In this document: in pieces, positions 1 through 11,279 of the stretch
How the letters are laid out: every line of letters starts with the position of its first letter
How positions within the stretch are numbered: the first letter of the stretch is position 1
Assembly: GCA_963725665.1 (NCBI GenBank)
Contig: CAVRZA010000004.1
Coordinates: 256,001-320,000, forward strand
Length of the DNA: 64,000 nt
Direction: 5' to 3'
Source of the DNA: an uncultured Actinomycetes bacterium
GTDB lineage: Bacteria; Actinomycetota; Thermoleophilia; UBA2241
The notes under the pieces: generated by a model
What the model was told of the DNA's origin: nothing
Databases searched by the model: none
What the model saw: the letters and a program-made list of their open reading frames with translations, nothing else
Position numbers and translations under genes: made by a program

Positions 1-2
1 AC

Positions 3-941
3 CGTGCCGTGGTCCGTGCCCCCGCCAATGTGACCGAGCCCGGCGAGGACTCGATCTGGCTCCAGCCGGGCGAGCGTCTCACTGTCGACCAGCTCATGAA
101 GGCGCTGCTCATCAAGAGCGCCAACGACGCCGCGCTCACCCTCGGCGACTACGTCGCCGGCAACGAGCCGGCTTTTGTGGCGATGATGAACGAGAAGGCC
201 GCCGTGCTGGGCCTCACGAACACTCACTACCGCAATCCTCACGGCCTCGACCAGCCGGGCCACTACACGAGCGCGCTCGACCTCGCGCGGCTCGCGCGCT
301 ACGCGATGCGCGAGCCGCGCTTCCGCGGCTACGTGCGCATCTACAGGGCCACCATCCCCTGGCGCAAGCATCCCTGGCCGCGGCTGCTCATCTCGCACAA
401 CCAGCTCCTGCACGACTACGCCTGGGTCGACGGCGTGAAGACGGGGATGACCGACGACGCCGGGTACTGCATCGCCGCTTCCGGCCGCTACGGAGGGCGG
501 CGCTTCATCGTCACCCTGCTCCACGAGCCGACGCCCAAGCGGCGCGTGAGGGACGCGGTGGCGCTGTTTAAGTACGCGGCCCGTCTGTACGAGAAACGCC
601 AGGTCGTCGCAGCCGGTGCGGCTCTCGCGCACGCGCAGGTGCCCTATCACGACGAGGGCGTCGACCTGGTCGTACAGAAGCCGGTCGCGGCGCTCATGCG
701 CACGGCCGCGCGGGTGATCTCGACCGTGCGCGCGCCGGCGCGGATACCCCTGCCGGTGACGCAGGGGCAGGTCCTGGGAGCGGTCGTCTACAAGGCCGAC
801 GGTGTGGTCGTCGCCCGCCGCTGGCTCGTCGCGGAGCGCGGCTATCCCAAGGCCGATTGGCAGACGAGGGCCGGCTACGGCGTCCACGAGGCCTGGTCCT
901 GGGTCAAGGACGAGGTCGGCCGCGTCCTATCCTGGCTCTAG
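3..941 (+). CDS. D-alanyl-D-alanine carboxypeptidase (peptidase S11 + PBP5 C-terminal domain), 5'-partial
   Basis: SxN (KSANDAA), NPHGLD and KTG (GVKTG) motifs; SxxK is absent, so the start lies before the window. Confidence 0.9.
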   Translation, partial: RAVVRAPANVTEPGEDSIWLQPGERLTVDQLMKALLIKSANDAALTLGDYVAGNEPAFVAMMNEKAAVLGLTNTHYRNPHGLDQPGHYTSALDLARLARYAMREPRFRGYVRIYRATIPWRKHPWPRLLISHNQLLHDYAWVDGVKTGMTDDAGYCIAASGRYGGRRFIVTLLHEPTPKRRVRDAVALFKYAARLYEKRQVVAAGAALAHAQVPYHDEGVDLVVQKPVAALMRTAARVISTVRAPARIPLPVTQGQVLGAVVYKADGVVVARRWLVAERGYPKADWQTRAGYGVHEAWSWVKDEVGRVLSWL

Positions 942-1090
942 CTTCTCCCGAGTCGGGTCCACACCCAGCCGATTCGCTCGGACGTCACCGCACGAGGGCC
1001 CCGGTCGTCCCGACATGCTTCACACTGCTTAACATGACCAGCCAGCGGTCGCGTGTCCCCCCGCGGACGGCGTGCGGGTACACTGGTTCC

Positions 1091-1801
1091 ATGCGCGTGT
1101 CCCGCTTGCTGATCGCCTTCCTCGTCGTGAACTGGGCGTTCCTGGCCCTGTACCCGGACCCGCGCGTCCTGTGGCGCAGCGTCGACAACCTGCGCCATCC
1201 GAACGTCGACTCGGCGGCGGTGAGCGCCTTGGCGGCCCGCTTGCCCAACGACCCCAATGCCATCCGCGATGCCGTGCTCACGCGCATCGTCCCCTACGCC
1301 TACGATTGGCGGGTGAACGGGGTGCCGTGGTACTTCCCCACCACCGCGCAGGCGCTGCGAGCCGGGCGAGGGGACTGCGAGAGCCAGGCCGTCGTGCTGG
1401 CGAGCGTCCTCAAGGCGAAGGGGATCCCGTTCAGGCTCGAGATGAGCTTCGACCACATCTGGGTGCAATACCCGGGCAAGACGGCCAACGCCCTCGAGAA
1501 CGCCGGCGTCGCCTTCGCGGTGCAGAAGCACGGCCGCTTCATGTTCCATTGGCCGGCGAACTTCAATCTCGCGAAGGAGGCCCGCGCCCAGGTGGAGATC
1601 TACTGGACGCCCATGCCCCTCGGACGCAAGTTCGTCTTCTTCGGCGGCATCATAGCCCTCCTCTTCCTCAACGCACTCGTCACGCTGGCGCGGCGCGGCG
1701 CCGGCGACGCCCTGTCGCTCGCCGCGGCGCCGCCGGCGCCGCGCCGTCGGCGTCCGCGCAAGGCTCTGCAGCCCACCCCCGCCGGCGCGCGCGGGCGCTA
1801 G
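1091..1801 (+). CDS. Membrane-anchored transglutaminase-like (Cys-His) protein
   Basis: GDCESQA and DHIWV motifs, N- and C-terminal hydrophobic segments; TACACT -10 box 6 nt upstream of the ATG (leaderless-type start). Confidence 0.6.
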   Translation: MRVSRLLIAFLVVNWAFLALYPDPRVLWRSVDNLRHPNVDSAAVSALAARLPNDPNAIRDAVLTRIVPYAYDWRVNGVPWYFPTTAQALRAGRGDCESQAVVLASVLKAKGIPFRLEMSFDHIWVQYPGKTANALENAGVAFAVQKHGRFMFHWPANFNLAKEARAQVEIYWTPMPLGRKFVFFGGIIALLFLNALVTLARRGAGDALSLAAAPPAPRRRRPRKALQPTPAGARGR

Positions 1802-1953
1802 AGCCGGCGCCCGCTCTCGCTTCTGGAGGAGGGTCTGCTCCCGACCCGTCTCGTCCCGGGCGCGTCTCGCGAGGGCGGCTCTCGAGACGCCGCCGCGTGC
1901 CCACCCTCCCGGAGACCATCTGGGTGCCGGACACGCTCCGAAGCCTGTAGACT

Positions 1954-1988
1954 TGGGCGGCCTCGCCGCTCCGCGGCGAGGCCGCCCA
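1954..1988. repeat. Perfect 16-bp inverted repeat (hairpin)
   Basis: TGGGCGGCCTCGCCGC-TCC-GCGGCGAGGCCGCCCA. Confidence 0.7.
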
Positions 1989-2010
1989 CGACCCTCGAGG
2001 AGGGCAGTCC

Positions 2011-3096
2011 ATGGAAGACGAGCGGCTGCGCGCCGTAGCGCGCAAGATCGTGCGCGAGTGCGCCGGCGTGGCGAGCGGCGAGAACGTCTATATCGAGGGC
2101 CGCCTCGACTCGGCGGCCTACCTCGAGCAGTTGGCCTTCGAGTGCGAGCTCGTGGGCGCCCGCCCGCTGGTCGTCATGCAGAGCGACGAGTTCAACCTGC
2201 GGCGCTTGACGGATCTCTCTGAGGAACAGCTCGCCACCAGGGCCGAGCCGTGGATCGCCGCCGTCAAGGCTGCAGACGTCGTGTTCTCGGTGAGCATGGA
2301 GCACGGCGACCCGGCGCTCTTCGCTGGCGTGCCGGCGGCCAAGCAGGGCGCGGCGCGCAAGGGCCGCAAGCTGTTGGCCGACCACATCTACGACGGCACG
2401 CGGCGCTGGATCGGGACCGACTTTCCCACGCCCGCCCAGGCGCGCGCGCACGGGGTGTCGTGGGAGCGGTTCGCCGGCACCTTCTGGGGCGCTCTCGACG
2501 TCGACTACCGCCTGCTCCGCGAGCGCGCCGACCGTATCTCCGCGGTGCTCGAGAAGGCTGAGATCGTGCGTGTGCGGTCGCCCAAGGGCACCGACCTCAC
2601 CATGCGCATCGCCGGCCGGCCGCTCGACAAGGACATCGGCGTGGTCACCGCCGACGCCGTCCTCTCGAATCTGCCGGCCGGCGAGGTCTGTCTCGCACCG
2701 CACGAGGACGGCGCCGACGGACGCGTGGTCTTCGACCTCGCGTTCTGGGACGGGCGCCGCATCGAGGACCTCGAAGTCGAGTTCGAGCGCGGCCGCGCCC
2801 GCGCTGTGCGCGCCGCGCAGGGCCTCGAGGTCTTCACCGGCACGCTGGCGTCGGCCAGCGGTGCCGCCGACGTGATCGGTGAGCTGGGCATCGGCCTCAA
2901 CCCCGCGGTGACCGAGGTGACCGGCTACATGCTGACCGACGAGAAGATCCTCGGCACGATCCACATCGCCGTGGGTGAGAACCGCATGCTGGGCGGTGTG
3001 AACGAGTCGAGCCTGCATTGGGACCTCCTGGTCATGCAGGCGAGCCTCGAGGCCGACGGCGTGGCCATCCTCGACGACGGGCGGCTGGTGGTCTGA
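2011..3096 (+). CDS. Aminopeptidase, M29 (AmpS/PepS) family
   Basis: [26 protein letters not shown] and HWD metal-binding motifs. Confidence 0.9.
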   Translation: MEDERLRAVARKIVRECAGVASGENVYIEGRLDSAAYLEQLAFECELVGARPLVVMQSDEFNLRRLTDLSEEQLATRAEPWIAAVKAADVVFSVSMEHGDPALFAGVPAAKQGAARKGRKLLADHIYDGTRRWIGTDFPTPAQARAHGVSWERFAGTFWGALDVDYRLLRERADRISAVLEKAEIVRVRSPKGTDLTMRIAGRPLDKDIGVVTADAVLSNLPAGEVCLAPHEDGADGRVVFDLAFWDGRRIEDLEVEFERGRARAVRAAQGLEVFTGTLASASGAADVIGELGIGLNPAVTEVTGYMLTDEKILGTIHIAVGENRMLGGVNESSLHWDLLVMQASLEADGVAILDDGRLVV

Positions 3097-3161
3097 AGAA
3101 CGACGCGGGCGGTCGATCGGTCGCTCGCGTCGAACGAGACGAGAACGAAAGCGAGCGGACG

Positions 3162-4238
3162 ATGAGCGACACGAAGTCAGCGGCCGGCGTGCGGCGGACG
3201 ATAGATCTGCGCAGCGACACGGTGACGAGGCCCAGCTCGCAGATGCGACGGGCGATGGCCGAAGCAGAGGTCGGCGACGACGTGCTGGGCGACGACCCAA
3301 CGGTGATCGCCCTGCAGGAGTACGCCGCTGGACTGTTCGGCAAGGAGGCCGCTCTCTACGTGCCCTCGGGGACGATGTCGAACCAGGCCGCTCTCTACGC
3401 GCACACCGCGCGCGGCGAAGAGATCTTCGTCCACGAGCAGGCGCACATCCTCCTCTACGAGCGCGGCGGCGCCGCCGTGCACTCCGCATTGCAGGTGCGC
3501 TGCTTCCGGTCGGACGACGGCCTGCTCCCTCTCGACGAGCTCGAGGAGTATGTGCACGACGGGACCGACCCGCACCACGCGCCGACGCGGCTCGTCGCGC
3601 TCGAGAACACACACAACCACTGCGGCGGGCTGGTGCTGCCGCTCGAGAAGGTCGCCGAGACGCGCGCCTTCTGCGACCGCCACGGTCTGATCCTGCACCT
3701 CGACGGCGCCCGCGTCTGCAACGCGTCCGTCGCCTCCGGCGTGCCGCTGCCGGAGATCGTCGCGCCGTACGACTCGGTGAGCGTCTGTCTGTCGAAGGGG
3801 CTTGGGGCCCCAGTGGGATCGGTCCTGCTGGGTACGCGCGACTTCATCGCGAGGGCGCTCGCGGCGCGTAAGCTCATGGGGGGCGGCATGCGGCAGGCGG
3901 GCATCATCGCCGCCGGTGGGCTGTGCGCGCTGCGGGACAACATCACCCGACTGGCCGACGACCACCGCCGTTGCCGCGTGCTGGCCGAACGTCTGGCGAC
4001 GGCGCCGGGGTTCGCCATCGACCTCGCCCGGGTGCAGACGAACATGGTGTTCGCCGACTGCCGCGCGAGCGGCAAGCGCGCCCCCGAGGTCGTCGCGCTG
4101 CTCGCCGACGCCGGCGTCCTGGCGATCGACGAGGGGCCGTACCTGGTGCGCTTCGTCACGCACCTCGACGTCGACGACGCCGACATCGAGGAAGCGGCGG
4201 CTATCGCCGTCGCGACCATGGAGCGCCTCGCGGTCTGA
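3162..4238 (+). CDS. ltaE: Low-specificity L-threonine aldolase
   Basis: [22 protein letters not shown] and [12 protein letters not shown] (PLP Lys) motifs. Confidence 0.93.
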   Translation: MSDTKSAAGVRRTIDLRSDTVTRPSSQMRRAMAEAEVGDDVLGDDPTVIALQEYAAGLFGKEAALYVPSGTMSNQAALYAHTARGEEIFVHEQAHILLYERGGAAVHSALQVRCFRSDDGLLPLDELEEYVHDGTDPHHAPTRLVALENTHNHCGGLVLPLEKVAETRAFCDRHGLILHLDGARVCNASVASGVPLPEIVAPYDSVSVCLSKGLGAPVGSVLLGTRDFIARALAARKLMGGGMRQAGIIAAGGLCALRDNITRLADDHRRCRVLAERLATAPGFAIDLARVQTNMVFADCRASGKRAPEVVALLADAGVLAIDEGPYLVRFVTHLDVDDADIEEAAAIAVATMERLAV

Positions 4239-4251
4239 AGGCGGTCGGGGC

Positions 4252-4278
4252 GCGGGGCGCGGCTGAGCCGCGCCCCGC
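4252..4278. terminator. GC-rich hairpin between convergent ltaE and Fe-ADH
   Basis: GCGGGGCGCGGC..GCCGCGCCCCGC inverted repeat. Confidence 0.55.
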
Positions 4279-4303
4279 CCGCGACAGGCGGCGGCCGGCC
4301 GGC

Positions 4304-5515
4304 CTACTTCGCGGCCGCCGCCCGCTTCTCCTTGACCGGCTTCGCGCCGGGCCGCAGGGCGGCGTTCTTGTAGATCTGCACGACGTCCTCGCGCGTGAGC
4401 TTGCGCGGGTTGTTGGTGAGCAGGCGCGTCTGCGTCATCGCGCCGTCGGCGAGGTCCTCGATGGCCGACTCGGGGATGCCGACGTCCGAGAGGTACTGCG
4501 GCACCTGCAGGTCGGCCGCCAGCGTGCGCAACGCGGCGAGCGTGCACTCGGCGCCCTCCCGCAGCGAGAGCCCCTGGAGGTTCTCACCCATGGCCTCGCC
4601 GATCTCGTTGAACCACTGCAGGCAGGCGAGCATGTTGTACTCCATCACCCACGGCAGCATGAGCGTGTTGGCCACGCCGTGCGGCACGTGGAAGGTGCCG
4701 CCGATGGGGTAGGAGAGCGCGTGCACCGCGCCCACCCCGGCGTTGCCGAAGGAGATGCCGCCGAGCAGCGAGCCGATGGCCATGTTGTGGCGCGCCCAAG
4801 CGTTCTGGCCGTCGAAGGTCGCGGTGCGGATGCTCTTCGAGATCAGCTTGATGCCCTCGTAGGCCAGCGGGTCCGTGTGCATGGTCGCGTTGACCGAGAT
4901 GTAGGCCTCGATGTTGTGGATCAGGGCGTCCATGCCGGCGGCGGCGGTGACCGACGGCGGGCAGCTGTAGGTGAGCTCTGGGTCGATGAGGCCGATGTTG
5001 GGGATCAAGTGGGGGCTCACGACGCCCTGCTTCACGTTGAGCTTCTCGTTCGAGAAGATGGCGACGGCCGTCGCCTCGGAGCCGGTCCCGGCCGTCGTCG
5101 GCACCGCGATCAGAGGCAGGCCCTTCTTGGACACCTTGTCGAGGCCGACGAAGTCCTCGACCGTCTTGCCGGTGTGCGGGAGCACGGCCGTGATCTTGGC
5201 CACGTCGATGGCGGAGCCTCCGCCAAAGCCGACGATCAGGTCGTAGCTGCCCTGCTCGACGAACTCGACGCCCTCGTGGATGCTGCTCATCGGCGGCTCG
5301 GGCACGGCCTTGTCGTAGACGCCGACCTCGAGACCGGCCTCACGCAGCGGGCGCTCGACGTCGGCGACGTTGCCCGCGCAGGCGACGCCCGGGTCGGTGA
5401 GGATGCACACCTTGGTGGCGCCGAGCTTCCTCGCTTCGTCGCCGATGCGGCTGAGAGATCCGTTACCCGTGATGAGCGTCTTGGGCGCCCGGTGGATGCG
5501 GACCTTCGTGTCCAT
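4304..5515 (-). CDS. Iron-containing alcohol dehydrogenase (probable 4-hydroxybutyrate dehydrogenase)
   Basis: GGGSAID, PTTAGTGSE, DALIH, HALS and PHG motifs; substrate inferred from operon context. Confidence 0.85.
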   Translation of the reverse strand: MDTKVRIHRAPKTLITGNGSLSRIGDEARKLGATKVCILTDPGVACAGNVADVERPLREAGLEVGVYDKAVPEPPMSSIHEGVEFVEQGSYDLIVGFGGGSAIDVAKITAVLPHTGKTVEDFVGLDKVSKKGLPLIAVPTTAGTGSEATAVAIFSNEKLNVKQGVVSPHLIPNIGLIDPELTYSCPPSVTAAAGMDALIHNIEAYISVNATMHTDPLAYEGIKLISKSIRTATFDGQNAWARHNMAIGSLLGGISFGNAGVGAVHALSYPIGGTFHVPHGVANTLMLPWVMEYNMLACLQWFNEIGEAMGENLQGLSLREGAECTLAALRTLAADLQVPQYLSDVGIPESAIEDLADGAMTQTRLLTNNPRKLTREDVVQIYKNAALRPGAKPVKEKRAAAAK

Positions 5516-5651
5516 GCCCTGCTCTCCTCGCTCCATCATGGCGGCGTGGCCCGTGTCGTCTATGTGGCGGGGGACGCCTCCCGTCTTGCTTGCTTCTGGT
5601 CTGCGCGCGATGGTCATGTCGGCCCTCTCACGGTCGGTTGGTCGGTAACGG

Positions 5652-6995
5652 CTAGCCGGCCGACGGCCGGGCGAGGCTCTCCTCGCGCCCGCGCAGCCAG
5701 CCTTCGCCGCGAAGCTCCTTGACGCCGGCTATCAGCTCGTCCTTGAACGCCGGATCGGCGATCTCGATGAGCGCCTCGGCGCGTTCGCGCAGGCGTCTGC
5801 CCTTCAGGTGGGCGACGCCGTGCTCGGTCACCACATAGTCGACGTCGGCGCGCATGGTCGTCACGGCGGCGCCGTCGGCGATCTTGGGGACGATGCGCGA
5901 GACCGTGCCCTTCTTGGCCGTCGAGGGCAGCGCGATGATCGCCTTGCCACCCTTGCTGCGCGCGGCCCCGCGCACGAAGTCGACCTGCCCGCCGATGCCG
6001 GTGTACTGCACCGGCCCCATGGAGTCGGCGACCACCTGCCCCATGATGTCGACCTCGATGGCGGAGTTGATGGCCACCACGCCGTCGTTCTGCCCGATCA
6101 CGTAGGGGTCGTTGACGTAGCTGACGGGGAACATGTTGACGGCCGGGTTGTCGTCGACGAAGTCGTAGAGGCGGCGCGTGCCCATGAGGAAGTTGGCGAC
6201 CATCTTGTCCCTGTGCAGCGTCTTGCGGGCGTTGGTGATGACACCCTCGTTGTAGAGGTCGACGACGCCCTCGCTGAACATCTCGGTGTGGATGCCGAGG
6301 TCGTTCTTCTCGTGCAAGAAGAGCAGCACCGCGTCGGGGATGCCGCCGATGCCGAGCTGCAGGCAGGCGCCGTCGTCGACCAGGCCGGCGATGTTCTTGC
6401 CGATGGCCTCTTCAACGACGCCGATCCGCGGCGGCGGCAGCTCGATGATCGGCTGCTCCGAGTCGACCACGTAGTCGATCTGGGAGACGTGGATGAACGC
6501 GTCGCCGTGCGTGCGCGGCATGTTCGGGTTGACTTGCGCGATGACGCACGCCGCGACTGACGCGGCGGCCTTGGTGTAGTCGACCGAGACGCCGAACGAG
6601 CACCAGCCGTGCTTGTCGGGCGGCGAGAGGTGCACCAGCGCGACGTCGACCGGCAGGTAACCGTCGAGGAAGAGGCCGGGGATCTCGTGGAAGAAGACGG
6701 GCGTGTAGTCGCCGCGTCCCTCTCTGACGGCCTCGCGGCTCGAGGCGCCGGTGAACAGGGAGTTGTGGAAGAACGACTCGGCGTACTCCGGCTTGCAGTA
6801 CTCGCCCTTGCCCATGGCGACCATGTGCACGATCTCGACCTGGCGCAGCTCGGATGCGCGTGCGACGAGCGCGTCGACGAGGTCGAGCGGCTCGCCGCAC
6901 GCGTGCGCGAAGACGACGCGCTCGCCGGACTTGACCACCTCGAGCGCTGCGGCCGCGGTGACCCGCTTGCGTGCGTAGTCGGCCTGCCAGTCCAT
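5652..6995 (-). CDS. 4-hydroxybutyrate CoA-transferase (Cat2/AbfT; acetyl-CoA hydrolase/transferase family)
   Basis: LQLGIGGIP, IHTEMF, GIGGQVDFVRGA and VTEHG motifs; adjacent to abfD. Confidence 0.88.
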   Translation of the reverse strand: MDWQADYARKRVTAAAALEVVKSGERVVFAHACGEPLDLVDALVARASELRQVEIVHMVAMGKGEYCKPEYAESFFHNSLFTGASSREAVREGRGDYTPVFFHEIPGLFLDGYLPVDVALVHLSPPDKHGWCSFGVSVDYTKAAASVAACVIAQVNPNMPRTHGDAFIHVSQIDYVVDSEQPIIELPPPRIGVVEEAIGKNIAGLVDDGACLQLGIGGIPDAVLLFLHEKNDLGIHTEMFSEGVVDLYNEGVITNARKTLHRDKMVANFLMGTRRLYDFVDDNPAVNMFPVSYVNDPYVIGQNDGVVAINSAIEVDIMGQVVADSMGPVQYTGIGGQVDFVRGAARSKGGKAIIALPSTAKKGTVSRIVPKIADGAAVTTMRADVDYVVTEHGVAHLKGRRLRERAEALIEIADPAFKDELIAGVKELRGEGWLRGREESLARPSAG

Positions 6996-6998
6996 GGG

Positions 6999-7283
6999 CT
7001 ACTCCTTCAGCTTGCGCCTGATCGTCTCGGCGAGGGCGTGACCGGCGGCCGACCGACCGTCGACACACTCGCCCGCCACGACGACGACCCGCGAGTCGTC
7101 GAGCAGCAGCGAGTGGCCCGAGGCACAGGCGCGCTCGCATCCCGACAGGTGTACGGTCACCTCGCCATCCGTGCCCGCGAGGAAGGATTCGTCGTCACGC
7201 AGCGCTGCTGCCACGGCCGAGCGGTCGATGCGCGGGTTGCAGCCCCCGCAGAAGACCACCTTCAGCTTCTTGGAGTCCGGCAT
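6999..7283 (-). CDS. Small 4-Cys protein (CGGCNP...GCxxAC)
   Basis: 94-aa ORF tightly packed between abfD and the CoA-transferase. Confidence 0.7.
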   Translation of the reverse strand: MPDSKKLKVVFCGGCNPRIDRSAVAAALRDDESFLAGTDGEVTVHLSGCERACASGHSLLLDDSRVVVVAGECVDGRSAAGHALAETIRRKLKE

Positions 7284-7326
7284 CGCCGGGTCGTCGTGCC
7301 TCACCGGCCGCAACGCGCGCGGGCTG

Positions 7327-8805
7327 CTAGGCCTCGACGGGCGGTCGCTTGGCCGGCTGGCCGACGCGCGCCAGCTCCTTGGCCAGCTCCTTCTTGTGCG
7401 CCAGGTTCGCCTGCCGCGCGATCATGATGCGCTGCGCCTGCGGCGAGCCGGCGCCGTGCATCGACTCGGTACGGTACCCAACGGCCGCGGTGCCCAGCGT
7501 GAGGTTCTCGATGAGGCGCAGGAGCCGCATGCGGTCGATCGTCGGCACCTCGCGCTGGCCGGCGAAGTACTTCTCGCACCAGACGCCCACCTTGTCGGAG
7601 ATGAAGTCCTTCTCCGAGGGCATGGTGACGAGCAGGCCGCCGGCAATATCCTCCGCCAGACGCGCGATCTCATACGGGAACCGGGTGACGTTCTGCTTGC
7701 ATACGTTGGCCAGCAGCAGATCGATCTCGAAGTTGCCGGCGACCGTCTTGTGGCCCTCGCAGGAGCAAGCGATACCGCACGAGAAGAGCGTCTCGTTGAG
7801 GTGCGTCATCTCGATGAGCTTGTCCTTGATGTGGCTGGCCTTGGCGGCGCCGTTGTAGTCGGCAACCAATGCTGCGGCGCCGATGAGCACGTCGCCGACG
7901 CCGACCTTGCAGCCGCCGTAGCTCTGGCGGTGGTAGCCGGCGAAGCGCTCGACCAGCGCTCCCGAGAACTCGGTCTCGCCGGCCATGAAGACGCGCTCCC
8001 AGGGCACGAAGACGTCGTTGAAGACGATCAGGGCCTCCTGACCCCCGAAGCGCTTGTTGCCCACGTCGAGGTCGTTGTCTTCGAGCTTGCGCGTGTCGCA
8101 CGACTGGCGGCCGTAGATGTAGACGATGCCGGGGGCGTTCGCCGGCGTGGCGAAGGAGACGGCGTAGTCCTCGTCTCCTTCGCGCATGGCGATCGTGGGC
8201 ATGACGAGGATCTCGTGCGAGTTGCAGGCGCCCGTCTGGTGGGCCTTCGCGCCGCGCACCACGATGCCGTCGTCGCGACGTTCCACGATGTGCAGGTAGA
8301 GGTCGGGGTCGGCCTGCTGTGATGGAGAGAGGCTGCGATCGCCCTTGGTATCGGTCATCGCTCCGTCGGCCACGAGATCGTTCTCCTGCAAGTAGCGCAC
8401 GTAGTCGCGGAAACGACGGTGGTAGTGCGTGCCCCGGGATTGATCGATCTCGAAGGTCACGGACCAGACGGCGTTGATGCCGTCCATGCCCACGCAGCGC
8501 TGGAAGCACGACCCGGTCTTCTGCCCCAACAGACGCTGCATCTTGACCTTCTTGATGAGGTCGTCGACCGACTGGTGGATGTGCGTGAAGCGGTTGACCT
8601 TCTCGCCGGTGAGGTTGCTCGTCGCCAGCATGAGGTCCTCGTACTCGGGCTGCCGGGCAAGCTCGTAGGTCATAGCCAGGCAGTTGAGGCTGGGGCGGAT
8701 GATGGGATGCTCCGTGTAGTCTTCGACACGCTCGCCAAAGAGGTAGATCTCGAGATCCAGGTCAGCGATGCTCTGGATGTACGCCTCGGGGGTCTTGAGC
8801 GTCAT
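7327..8805 (-). CDS. abfD: 4-hydroxybutyryl-CoA dehydratase / vinylacetyl-CoA isomerase
   Basis: CFQRC and YHRQSYGGCK [4Fe-4S] ligands; MHGAGSPQAQR; AAGGAG SD upstream. Confidence 0.93.
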   Translation of the reverse strand: MTLKTPEAYIQSIADLDLEIYLFGERVEDYTEHPIIRPSLNCLAMTYELARQPEYEDLMLATSNLTGEKVNRFTHIHQSVDDLIKKVKMQRLLGQKTGSCFQRCVGMDGINAVWSVTFEIDQSRGTHYHRRFRDYVRYLQENDLVADGAMTDTKGDRSLSPSQQADPDLYLHIVERRDDGIVVRGAKAHQTGACNSHEILVMPTIAMREGDEDYAVSFATPANAPGIVYIYGRQSCDTRKLEDNDLDVGNKRFGGQEALIVFNDVFVPWERVFMAGETEFSGALVERFAGYHRQSYGGCKVGVGDVLIGAAALVADYNGAAKASHIKDKLIEMTHLNETLFSCGIACSCEGHKTVAGNFEIDLLLANVCKQNVTRFPYEIARLAEDIAGGLLVTMPSEKDFISDKVGVWCEKYFAGQREVPTIDRMRLLRLIENLTLGTAAVGYRTESMHGAGSPQAQRIMIARQANLAHKKELAKELARVGQPAKRPPVEA

Positions 8806-8867
8806 TGCCGCGAGCTCCTTTCTCGCACGCGCCTGCCGACGGTGTCGCGTGCGGGCGTCCAGGGACT

Positions 8868-8930
8868 TTGTGCCGCGCGTCACAACGTCTCGCGCGGCAC
8901 ACAGGCGTCTGCCTGTCCGTGGGTTCACAG
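8868..8930. promoter_or_regulatory. Two Rex/CRP-like 18-bp boxes in the abfD leader
   Basis: TTGTG-N8-CACAA at 8868-8885 and CTGTC-N8-CACAG at 8913-8930. Confidence 0.45.
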
Positions 8931-8932
8931 CG

Positions 8933-8961
8933 ACTATACTGTCGACGTCGGTCTTCGTCAA
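8933..8961 (-). promoter_or_regulatory. Sigma70-type promoter of the abfD operon
   Basis: Minus strand reads TTGACG-17 bp-TATAGT. Confidence 0.7.
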
Positions 8962-9081
8962 TTCAGCGAAAGAGCCGGGTGTTTCACCCCTGCAGTCTGT
9001 ACATTTTGGAGTATGTTATTGGCCTGCGTGGAGAGGCTCGCCACGCGCTCGCGAAGCTTCCGGTTCCGTCACCTCGCTATG

Positions 9082-9099
9082 GTTGACCGGTCTGTCAAC
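9082..9099. promoter_or_regulatory. Palindromic operator candidate
   Basis: GTTGAC-CGGTCT-GTCAAC. Confidence 0.4.
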
Positions 9100-9170
9100 T
9101 GTTTGTCGAAACGACTGGCGCCTGGACGGGCTGCTGTTTGCCGTCGTGTCCACGCCCTCGGGGGCAAGTT

Positions 9171-9214
9171 TGTTACTTCTGTCACATGAGGGCCGGCGGT
9201 GGCGGACGTATAAT
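9171..9214 (+). promoter_or_regulatory. gdhA promoter: CRP/FNR-family-like site plus TATAAT -10 box
   Basis: TGTTA-N6-TCACA at 9171-9186, centred about 42 nt upstream of the expected start; TATAAT at 9209-9214. Confidence 0.5.
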
Positions 9215-9323
9215 CGCCGCAACGCGCAGGCTTTCGCGCTGCTCGGCGCCGTCGAGCCGCGCGAAAGCCCAACCGATCGAGCGCATCGATCAGGACCCAA
9301 CTGCAGCAAGGGAGGAGTCGGGA

Positions 9324-10722
<1,399 letters not shown>

Positions 10723-10807
10723 AACGCGCGGCGCAGGCAGAGTAGCCTGTGGGTTGTCGGGCCAACTGTTTACGATGCCGTGTAGGGGCGTCGAAAGGTA
10801 GGGTTCC

Positions 10808-11149
10808 ATGAAGAAGATCGAAGTGTTCGTACAGCCGTACAACCTCAGTGACCTCGCGGAGGCGCTGGCGGTCGACGGCGTCGTGGGCATGAGCGTGACC
10901 GAGTGCAAGGGATTCGGCGTGCAGCGCGGCTTCACGCGCGGGGAGGAGCTCGCGCCGGGGGAGTTCCGCTTTCATCCCAAGATGAAGGTCGAGATGGTCG
11001 TCGAGGCCGACCAGGTCGAGAAGATCATCAACCGCATCAGGGAGTCGCTCAAGACGAGCGGTGTCGGGCAGGGCAAGATCTTCGTGCAGCCGATCGAGGA
11101 CGCCATCCGCACCCGCACCGGGGAGCGCGGCAAGGCGGCCATCAAGTAA
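10808..11149 (+). CDS. PII signal transduction protein with atypical T-loop
   Basis: GFGxQ, PK58, G.GKIFV and RTRTGERG motifs; position 51 is Gly rather than Tyr. Confidence 0.9.
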   Translation: MKKIEVFVQPYNLSDLAEALAVDGVVGMSVTECKGFGVQRGFTRGEELAPGEFRFHPKMKVEMVVEADQVEKIINRIRESLKTSGVGQGKIFVQPIEDAIRTRTGERGKAAIK

Positions 11150-11215
11150 GAGCCGCTTGAAGCGGCAGCGGCGGGCGGGGCGATCGCGGGCGCAGCGCTC
11201 GGGCCGCGGTCGTAG

Positions 11216-11261
11216 GGAGATGCGCGACGGGCGCCCCGAGGGGCGCCCGTCGCGCATCTCC
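11216..11261. terminator. Bidirectional hairpin between convergent PII and trxA
   Basis: 21-bp perfect inverted repeat GGAGATGCGCGACGGGCGCCC. Confidence 0.75.
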
Positions 11262-11279
11262 GTTCTGTGCGTCGGGACC

